Assembly (NCBI RefSeq): GCF_009914755.1 | Contig: NC_060927.1 | Length of the DNA stretch: 64,000 nt | Source of the DNA: the human T2T-CHM13v2.0 reference genome, Homo sapiens | Reading direction: 5' to 3' (one strand) | Shown: positions 54,490 to 64,000 of the stretch, in pieces | Layout of the letters: every line of letters begins with the position of its first letter | How positions within the stretch are numbered: position 1 is the stretch's first letter | The notes under the pieces: model-generated | The model's input: the letters and a program-made list of their open reading frames with translations, nothing else | Told to the model about the DNA's origin: nothing | Databases searched by the model: none | Translations under genes and position numbers: made by a program

Positions 54490-55890
54490 CTTAATATCAT
54501 CAAATATTTCTTTGCTTGATTGTTGGTTTGATAGAATCATACAAACAAGGTAGGTTTACACATTGAATTTGGTTGATAGATCATCTTTTTTTTTTTTATT
54601 CTGTAGGCCCCCCTCCCACTTTGTCCTCCTCTGAGATTTATTTTCAAAGAAGCTGTTCATTTGTTTTGTAGAGTTTTTCACAGTACAGTTGTTGCTGCAT
54701 CCATCCTAATGGTATTATTTAAAATCTTTACCTGACCTCTGTGTCCTCTATAAAATAATTCTTAAATCCAGAGTCCTGATCTGTTTAGATTCAAATTTTT
54801 GACAAGAATATTTCATAGGTGTAATTGTGTATTTCTGTCAAGAGGCATGTATCATCTTTTTTTTTTTTCCCCTCTCCCTCTCTATTTATCTTATTAGAGT
54901 TGATTTTGGGAATTGCCTGGATTCATTACAGTAGTCCACCCTTATCCCCAGTATTGCTTTCTGCAATTTCAGAACAGATCAATGGCAGTCCAAAAAATAT
55001 TAAATAAAAAATTCTGGAAATAAACTTCATAAATTTCAAATTGCCCACCATTCTGGTTAGAATAATGAAGTGTTGTGTTGTCTGTGCCTTCCAGCTCTGT
55101 TCTGCCTGAGATGTGAGTCATTCCTTTGTCTAGCACGTCTTATGCTACTTGTATGTTAGTCACTCTGTAGCCATCTTGTTATCAGATCAACTGTTGCGGT
55201 ATCCCAGTGCTCGTGTTCAGGCCACCCTTACTTTGCTTAGTAATAGTCCCAAAGTGCAAGATAAATGATGCTGACAATTTGGATATGCCAAAGAGAAGCC
55301 ATAAAGTGCTTCCTTAAAGTGAAAAGGTGAAAATTCTCCAATTAATAAAGAAAGAAAAAAACTTATTCTATAGTTGTTAAGATCTATGGAAGCAATGAGT
55401 GTTATATCTGTCAAACTGTGAAGTGGGAAAATTTTTTTTTACTACTTTTGCTTTGTACTTCAAACTGCAAAAGTAACAGCCACAATATGAGATAAGCACT
55501 AAAAGTGGGAAAGACTTTAGATTTATGGTTGGAAGACATGACAAGAAATGTGTTAAAATTGACTGCAGTAGTGTTCAATACTATCTGCGGTTTCAGGCAT
55601 CCACTAGGGACCTTGGAATGCATTCCCTATGGATAAAGAGAGATGACAGTATTTCATAAGAGTATTACAAAATTAAAGTGTTTTATTTTTATCATTCCTT
55701 CTTCATGTATTAGCTAGAATACTTCTATAAAGAGAAAATTCTCCTGTGGTACAATTGGTCTAGGATAGTCAAGGTTAAGTGCTTGATTACTTCTCTTGTA
55801 TCCATTTTCAGATTGATACATTACTTCTCTAGCAACCTCCAAAGGTACCCAATGGATTTATGTTTAGTATCATTATAAATTTAGGAACTG
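54490..55890 (-). mobile_element. L1MC4/5-like remnant split by MER44
   Basis: aaacaaggtaggtttacacattgaatttggttgatag; tattagctagaatacttctataaagagaaa. Confidence 0.55.
54929..55649 (+). mobile_element. MER44C/D (Tigger7 derivative)
   Basis: TA then cagtagtccacccttatc TIR; ggtttcaggcatccactagggaccttggaatg. Confidence 0.9.
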
Positions 55891-56329
55891 TTTTACTTTT
55901 GAATATGTAAGAAATCATTCAAATTTAGTGATGCTAAGGTGATTCAAAATGTTAAACCAAAACCATGTGTACAGTTGAAAAGTAATGTAAAAGAATAAAA
56001 CAAAACACTAGAGAAAGATTTGTTGAATATACTAAAAGAATGATTTGTGTTTAAAAACAGAATTTCCTCAGTTTTTGGAATGCTAATAGTACTAACAAAT
56101 TGATAGTAAATAAAATAGAACAATAAAATTCCACTAATACATTTCTTTCCTAAAATCTACAATGTGTTGTCTATTTATTATATGCAGGATCTATTCCAAA
56201 CACTACAACTAATCATAAAGAATATTCTCAACTCTATGAAGAAAGTATTATTATTACCATTTTACATTTGAAGATATCTAATCTTCTTAGAAAGCTGATT
56301 GACAGTTAATATTGTAGCTATTCCCTGTT

Positions 56330-56500
56330 TAACCTTCCTAAATTCCTTAGGGGATTTATGAATGGCTCCAGGAGATCCACCATTCTCCGTAACTATCAAT
56401 GTGCATGTACATTTTTCTAGAGAGACTTTCCATAGCTGTAACCAAATTTTGAAAGGAAACTATGATCTCCTATCCTCCCAGAAAGTCAAGAATCAGTGCA
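56330..56500. mobile_element. hAT-Charlie MER remnant
   Basis: tgtacatttttctagagagactttccatagct..aaagtcaagaatcagtg. Confidence 0.5.
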
Positions 56501-57667
56501 ATATCTGAGTTGATTAGTAAGTGTATGATGAAGACATTGAGAATTCAGAAGAGTCTGGTCATTTTTTATTTGCACAAACATTATGAAGATCTATCTGATA
56601 GTAGAGGCGCTAGCTAGCCACCTTACTTTGGATGTATACATTTTTCAATATACATGATTTTCTATCTAAAAACTTATATAGAGTCTCAAATATATCTCCT
56701 GTCTTAGTTTAAATGTTTTCTGGTGCCATGTGAAACTTAGTGTAGACATTGCTAGACATTATGTATGCTAGCTTTAAAATTTCAGTAAGTATACATTTCT
56801 CAATGCCATAAAATACAAAAATCGATGTTGAGTGAAATTATATAGGAAATGCTTACAAATATTTCAGAGGATAAAGATTGCTAATGAAAACACAACCATC
56901 TAAATAAAATCTAAAGATTGTAAATAACCACCACCCATTTTAATGTACGCACTTGATAAGAGTACTGAGAGGGAAATTCAGGCTGATTTCTCCCCCATCC
57001 CCAACAGTGAATTCCTTTTTAAACACAGACTGCCAGTCCTTTTTTCACATACCTTTTCTATATTACTCATATAAATTTTGGTTTCAGCAATATTATTGAT
57101 GCCATCTGAACTATTTCTTAGTGGATTGGTCATTTTTTATAACTCTGTGTCCTTCATCCTAGACTCCACCTCTAACTGTCAGAACCAAATCATAATATCA
57201 GTTACTCACTATTAATAGAATTTCAAAAATACATTCATCAACTTATCTAAAGTTTTAATACTGTATTCTAAATACTGTATTTTAAGCACAAATTGTTCTT
57301 TTATAGAAAAAAAATTATTCTGCCCTGATGAGTATTCTATTTTGTTTCTGTTTAATGGTACTTTTTATCATTCTGTTCATTAAGATAATCATCCTGGAAC
57401 CATAAACACACTCAATAAAATGCTTCAGGGGACAGATTACCAATATTTCTAATTAAAGATACTGTTGACCATAAGCTAATTAGAGTAAGCAACATTTTAA
57501 GCATGGTACAGAAATTATAAAGTTATAAATTACTAAAATTAAAGACAGTGTACAGTTGGAATTTTATAAGGCTACATAAAGCATTTTTACATTGAAGTAA
57601 AAATAATATAGGGTTGGATTTTTTCCAGTGAAATTTTATTATTTTTAAATTCTCTAATTACTGGCAA

Positions 57668-57685
57668 CGACGCCACCTGGCAGAA
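57668..57685 (-). promoter_or_regulatory. Candidate CTCF motif (CTGCCAGGTGGCGTCG)
   Basis: Close match to the CCRCYAGRKGGCR core with two retained CpGs in AT-rich DNA. Confidence 0.4.
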
Positions 57686-58819
57686 TTTACATTTAGATCC
57701 AAGAAGGAATAAACACTGTACTCTACCTTCATCCACATTCTATTTGTTTATTTATTTATTGTTCTGGCTTTATAAGTTAAGTGTTAAATTGAAATATTAT
57801 CTTATCAATATAAGCACAGTTCAAACCTTCACTTAAATAATTCAAGTGGAGATTTTTTCTTCCTGCTTGAATTAATCTACTGTGTTTTATGATGGAGAGG
57901 TCATTGTTAATGCCCACAGTGAGGAGAAACATTAGTAAATGAATGATTTATCCTGTCTTTGCATTTGCGTAAACAAGATAACTGTGAATAAATCTTTCCT
58001 ATTTTACCTTGAAAATGCAATTCTAGAATTTATTAAGCCTTAAGCTGGAAACTGAAAGGACTGAGACAAGTAAAGTCAACCCTTTGGAAAAGCAGAGGCT
58101 AGAAGAGGGGCAATCCTGGCTCCAGAAGTCAGGTCAAAGAGGAGGCTTTGCTTGTCAGGATCACACTCTGTGACTTCACACAGTGGCTCCAGGGGAGAGA
58201 ACAATGTTTCTTACAAACACTAGAAGAATATTTGTCTGAAGCTCAAGAAGTCAAAGACTAATTGAATTCTAAAGCAGAATGAAACCCTTAAGATTCCATG
58301 GTAAACTTGGTACTGTATGCAAAAAGCAGAACAGAGATGGTTATATTAATTCTTAAGTAATTCTCAAGTTAGCAGGGAATAAGGAATAAGATTTATTGTC
58401 ACCAGAATTATTTGTGCCAATATATACACATGGAAAAAAATAGAACTTTAAGAGCCAAGGTAATAAAAATTCACTTCCACTGTAAAAAAAAAATAGAACT
58501 TTTAATTCAAGATTTAAAAGTGTTCAGGTAATGCTGAAAAAAATTATACTGTGCCTTCCACTCCCCCACTCCCTCGCAAGGGGACAACTCTAAAACAAAA
58601 AATAGGGCTCAAATTCCATGGTCATTTTACTGTTTTATATTTGGCACATTAGATATAAAGATTTCTTCAAATTTACCTCTGGCCATTCTATAGAAAATCA
58701 GTCCATTGAGAAAGAAGTGGTAGTAGATATTCAATATAACCAGCAAGCCAAACGTTTAAATTTTTAAAGCAAGGAAATTGGTAAATTCAGGAAACTATTC
58801 TGGTGAAACTACCGTGTAC

Positions 58820-59248
58820 ATAATTCACAAAGAAATGAAAACACTAGGATGCGGCCAGATGCTTGAAGCTTATATACCATCTTTAGGCTAAACAAGGGGA
58901 AAATGGTTTTGAGCTTCGGGATGAGAGAAGCAAGTTGTAAGAAGTGAAGGAGAGGAAATGTGTGGTAAATAAGGGTTTTTTGTTGTTGTGGTTATGCAGC
59001 TATCAGTTGGGTGGTAAGAGTGGTCTCCAAGAGTAGCTTTTTTTCTGGTAAAAAGACATTTTTATAAATAGAAACTCCCTTTATAAACATAAATTTCTTT
59101 TGCAAAAGAGGAAATGTATACTCTAGTTCAGGCAGTTAGCGGGTGCTAAAGAGCTTTTTCTATATTACTGGTCGTCAATTGCCTTTAGTCAAAATAATCT
59201 GTATGCCAAGCAGAAATATTTTGAAGTGGTATATTGTGGTACACTTCA
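58820..59248 (-). mobile_element. MER34-family ERV1 LTR
   Basis: gaagcttatataccatc..aattgcctttagtcaaaataatc..atattttgaagtggtatatt..cttca. Confidence 0.75.
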
Positions 59249-59636
59249 ATCTGCACCTGTACTAAGTAGCACCTTTATCAGCAACATTCTACTGTTCTGA
59301 GTAGGCAACACCAGATAATTGTTACTCTTCCCACAATTATGTCCCAATGAGGCCTATTTCTGTCAGGGTGTGTTTTGATTTATATGAACCTTTTTGGAGC
59401 ATCTGGTGCATGAGACTTACAGTGTGTAGTAGAGTCATAAGGATTATTAGAGTATGTTCAGTAATTTTCCTCACCAATGTAGACAAACCTAAAAGAATAC
59501 AGTGGTATGCTCTCAGGTTCTCTGTTTAGCATGTCGAGATTCCCTCATTGAGAAACCCTTTCTCTTCTCTATAACCACATACCTCATGTTGGGATTATTT
59601 AGCTATATCTTTTCTTCTATACTAGAAGGCCACTAA

Positions 59637-60120
59637 TGTACTTGCCACCCTTGATTGTGGGCTGGACTGGAGATTCGTTTCTAATTAGAATACATAAAAA
59701 TTGTAGGATGTCACTTTCAATATTAGATTACAAAGAGACCATAGCTTCCTTCTGTGGGCCCTCCCTTGATCTCTCGCTGTCTCACTCTGAGAGAAGCCAG
59801 CTGCCATATTGCAAACTTCCCTTTGGAGAAGCTCATGTAGCAAGGAACTGAGAGAGGCCTCAAGCCAAACACCCAGTGGGGGAAGTAAGGCCGTCAGTCT
59901 GATAGTTTGTGAGAAACTGAACATTGACAGCAAACCATGAGTGAGCTTGGAAGTGAATACTCTTGAATTAAGCCTTCAGAGGAGATCTCAGCTGAGGTAG
60001 AGGTTAAGTCATTGAATTCTTGACCTAAAGAAACTGTAAAATAATAAGAATTTATTATTAAGCTGCTGAGTTTGCAAATGAGGGTGGAGACTTGTTATAT
60101 GGCAATAGATAACTAATGCA
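59637..60120 (+). mobile_element. MLT1F-like MaLR LTR inserted in an L2 3' end
   Basis: gagaagccagctgccatattg..caaggaactgag..gtgagcttggaagtg..gcaatagataactaatgca. Confidence 0.85.
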
Positions 60121-60254
60121 CATACTAAGGCAGGATCTTTTTCTGAATCATTTCTTTATTCCCCAAATAACTGCATAATCCCATGCTTTACTGTGGATTA
60201 CCTGGATTATACTAGATGCTCAATGAATATTTCTCAGATTACACTTTGAATAAT

Positions 60255-60505
60255 ATCAAAATCTATTAAATGCTAACAATGTGTCAAGCATTGTTCTAAG
60301 TGTTTCACATATATTTATACTTTGAATCATCGCAACCTCCCTATGAGGTAGGTTCAGTCATTCTCTCCATTTTACGAATGAAGAAATTGAAGTTTGGAGA
60401 TATTAAGAAATGTTCTCAAGATCACAGTTTCTAAGAAACAGCGTCCTATATTTGAACCCAAATAGTCTGGCTCCAAATGACATGATTTCAGCCTTCATGC
60501 TTTTC
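60255..60505 (-). mobile_element. MIR, near full length
   Basis: ccctatgaggtagg..ccattttacgaatgaagaaattga..tttgaacccaaatagtctggctcca. Confidence 0.85.
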
Positions 60506-61384
60506 TGCTTCTCTGTGAATTGATGAATACTTGCTCAATGAAAGAATGAATCACCTAATCATTTATAACACTGAAACTTACATATTTAGCACTTAAGTTG
60601 TGTCTTTTATTTTTCCTGGATGTGTAATGAACACTACTTAGAAACGTTAAAGCTGTGGTCTACAAATTTTTTTTGTAAACACACTATTTGCTTACAAATA
60701 TTTGACTACACATGAAGAATCAGAAATAGGTAATTTTAAAATAAAGAAAAATCTGTCTAAATTCAGAAGACAAATCTTACATTCTAGTGAAATAAGAATT
60801 CTGGAAATATGAAATCATAGCTCTTCCTCCCTTTCTTCCTCTCTCTCCCTAAAGAACACCTATACCTTTCCAATAAAATACCTACTTTTAGATGTAATTC
60901 TTGAAAGCATGAAAATAAAATTTATTTCCCTCATGATTTTCTCAATTCTACTTGTCTAACATTGACTTTTTCTATTTGTAATGCAGCACAACCCAGTAGG
61001 ATTTCCCATTGTTTCCTTCCTAAAACCGTGCACCTGCACCATCGATTATGCCAGGAAGAGCTAGCACAACTTTGGAATGAAAACCAATAACATGCTATGA
61101 AAATAGAGACAAGACAGCTTAGAAGATTGATTCTGAATTACAGAGCTGCTTCCTGATCTGCAACCACCCAAATTCTTACAGCTTGACAGCTGGTTAGTGA
61201 GCACAGGACAAACCACAGGCTTGCCTCATGACCTAAATGAGGGCAATTTGCACAGTTTGTGGTGTAGTTATCACAGAAAAGACTACAAATCAAAATCTTT
61301 TGAACTAAGGAACTGGAATAGTTCTGTTTCCAAGTTTTTTCATCTTTAAAATGGGAATAAAGACATTTAAAATTGTAGAGTTGT

Positions 61385-61675
<291 letters not shown>

Positions 61676-61789
61676 TAGAGTTGTTTCAGGAATAAAGTCA
61701 AATCATGTATTTGGAAGCTTTATTAATATAATAGTTAATATACAAATGCAAAGTATTACCCTAATTATTATGATTATCTTTGAAATCAT

Positions 61790-62350
61790 ATTTTTTTAAT
61801 TTTACTACTATGCAAATTTGTCTTTTTATAATTTTTTAGGTTATAATTCTCAGTTTATGAAGAACTACAAGAATAGTGCAAAAATGCATATCCTTTTCTA
61901 AGATTCATCAGTTGTTAACATGCGGTGAATCTATTTTACTAGATCATTTTGTGCTCACCCTATGCACTCTCTCAGGCATACTTTCTCTCTGAATTATTTG
62001 AGAGTAAATTATCTCAATAACCTGAGGATAAATCAGAGACATCAGTTTTTTATCCTAAATACTTCAGAGTGTATTTGCTAAGAGAAAAGCTGTTATTTAC
62101 GTAACCACAGTTAAATAATCAAAATCAGAAAACTTAGTATTGATATAACGCTCTTGTCCAACACACTATCCATACCCAAATTTTGAAAATTGTCCTAAAA
62201 ATGTCTTTGGTAGCTATGTCTTCAACCCAACCAGTCCCCCTTTTTGGAGACGAATTTAAGCCTTTTAAAAATGCTTTTAATCTTTCATGATCTTGACACC
62301 TTTTTAAGTACACAAGCTATTTTTTTCTGTAGAATTTCCCTCATTTGTCT
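61790..62350 (-). mobile_element. L1MC4-like 3' end
   Basis: tctgaattatttgagagtaa..cctaaatacttcagagtgtattt..taaccacag..atcaaaatcagaaaa. Confidence 0.72.
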
Positions 62351-62599
62351 CATATACACTGTACCTTAATTTACATATTTGCAGAAAAATGCATTAGGAT
62401 AGAATTTCTAAGGCATTTTTGAAGAAGTCCAAGAAGCAGATAGCCAATATACTCTTTGCTATTCCTGAGGAAAAAGAAAATCCTTTGGATTTCCAACAAA
62501 TAAATTTTACTTTGGTTATCATTGAAAGCTGTTAATATTTTTTACAAAAGCAAAAACAGACCAAATGAAATCAATGATGGTTGAGAAGATGAAAAAAAA

Positions 62600-62860
62600 G
62601 TCGGTTAATGGGCACAAATATACAGTTAGATAGAAGGAGTAAGTTTTAACGCTTGGTAGCAGAGTTGGAGGACTATAGTTAACAATGCATTGTATATTTT
62701 AAAATAATTTGAAGGGAGGACTTCTACTTTAGGCGATCATATTCTGGAGGTGATGGATAACTTAAATATCCTGACATGATAATTTTGCATTTTATTCCTG
62801 TAACAAAATATCACATATGCCTCATGAATATGTACAAATATCATGTGTCAATTTAAAAAA
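62600..62860 (+). mobile_element. L1MA4-like 3' end
   Basis: ttaatgggcacaaatatacagttagatagaagg..tgtaacaaaatatcacat..atatgtacaaatat. Confidence 0.85.
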
Positions 62861-63017
62861 CACTACCGATATTTTTTAAAAAAGATACATATCACCTTGA
62901 GATTCATTGTGTTTTACACAACATATTGAGAAACAGAAACTAGATTTAGACACAAATCTGTAAACTGACAGTTGTGTTTTTTATGTTTTTGATAACCTCC
63001 AGACATAGATTGTACTA

Positions 63018-63741
63018 CAGTAGTCTCCCCTTATCTGCAGGGGATATGCTCCAAGACCCCAAGTGGATGCCTGAAACCACAGATATTACTGAACGCCATT
63101 ACAGTCAATCAGCACGTTTCTGTTCATGCTAATGCCTTTTCCATATTTACTAAGCACTAATCATATACTGTGACAGTAACTTTCCAAGTCTGAGGTGCAA
63201 CAGTAAAACTAGCACAATTTTTTTCCCTTCTCACAATTTGACAGACAATTCATTCTTACCTCCGATTTTAGCAATCTCAGCATGTGATTTTTTTTTTCTT
63301 TATTAAGTTGAGAACTTTCACCTTTTTATTCAAGAAAAACACTGCTTATCTTTGGCATGTCACAATTGCCAACATCACTACTTTCATGCTTTGGACCTAT
63401 TACTAAGTAAAATAAGGATGATTTGAACACAAGCGTTGGGATACCAAGACAGTTGACCTGATGACTGAGATGGCTACTAAGTGACTAATGGGCAGGTCCA
63501 TAATGCATACAGCATTATATGTATAATGCTGGACAGGGAGATCATTCACATCCCAGGCAGGATGGTGGGGGACAGTGCAAGATTTCATTACACTACTCAT
63601 TACACCACTCAGAAGAGTGTACAATTAAAAACTTATGATTTGTTTATTTTTTGAAATTTTCATTTAATATTTTCAGATTGCAGTTGATCATGGGTAACTG
63701 AATCTGAGGAAAACTAAACTATGGATAAGGGGAGCCCACTG
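63018..63741 (-). mobile_element. MER44C/D (Tigger7 derivative)
   Basis: TA then cagtagtctccccttatctgcagggga; ends ggataaggggagcccactg. Confidence 0.9.
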
Positions 63742-64000
63742 TTATTCATCTTTTCTATCATGCCTTGAAGATTTATTCATTCCCCAAAAATGTCATACTC
63801 TTGAGAAGGGCAGCCAGTTTCTCAGTAGCTATCCATTAACAAATTGAAATAGACTAATGGAATGGCAAGGTGATGTGCTAAGTATGCATTCCTTTAGGAA
63901 TTCCAAGATCCCAACAACAGCCCTGAATCTATAGGAAACTGACCCATCATTGTGAGTTAAAATTTCAATATGACCACATGCCTGGAATGTTAATTCAGCA

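Noticed and set aside
63498-63531. loxP-like look (gcatac, tata, ataatg)
   Set aside because: Lacks the ATAACTTCGTATA arms and lies inside MER44

Overview
Human (the AluYb8 is a human-lineage element), AT-rich, CpG-depleted, repeat-dense non-coding DNA, either a large intron or intergenic. I find no supportable host protein-coding exon, RNA gene or CRISPR-like array. Every long ORF in the track is a decayed LINE-1 ORF2 fragment, and the rest are Alu, microsatellite or chance ORFs. The window is a stack of L1 (PA, PB, MA, MB, MC, ME, HAL1), Alu (FAM/FLAM, J, S, Yk4-like, Yb8), MIR, L2, L3, MaLR/ERV1 LTRs and Tigger/Charlie DNA transposons. Repeat subfamily names are from recalled consensus motifs and boundaries of old elements are approximate. 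I did not find a new biological system. The most notable structures are: (1) an L1PA3-like insertion with a 17-bp TSD and a short AATAAA-bearing 3' transduction; (2) a composite local duplication joined at a microhomology (41019-41107); (3) a young AluYb8 with a perfect TSD; (4) a closely spaced inverted Alu pair; (5) an 89-bp VNTR; (6) a strong minus-strand bias of L1s, suggesting a + strand intron.
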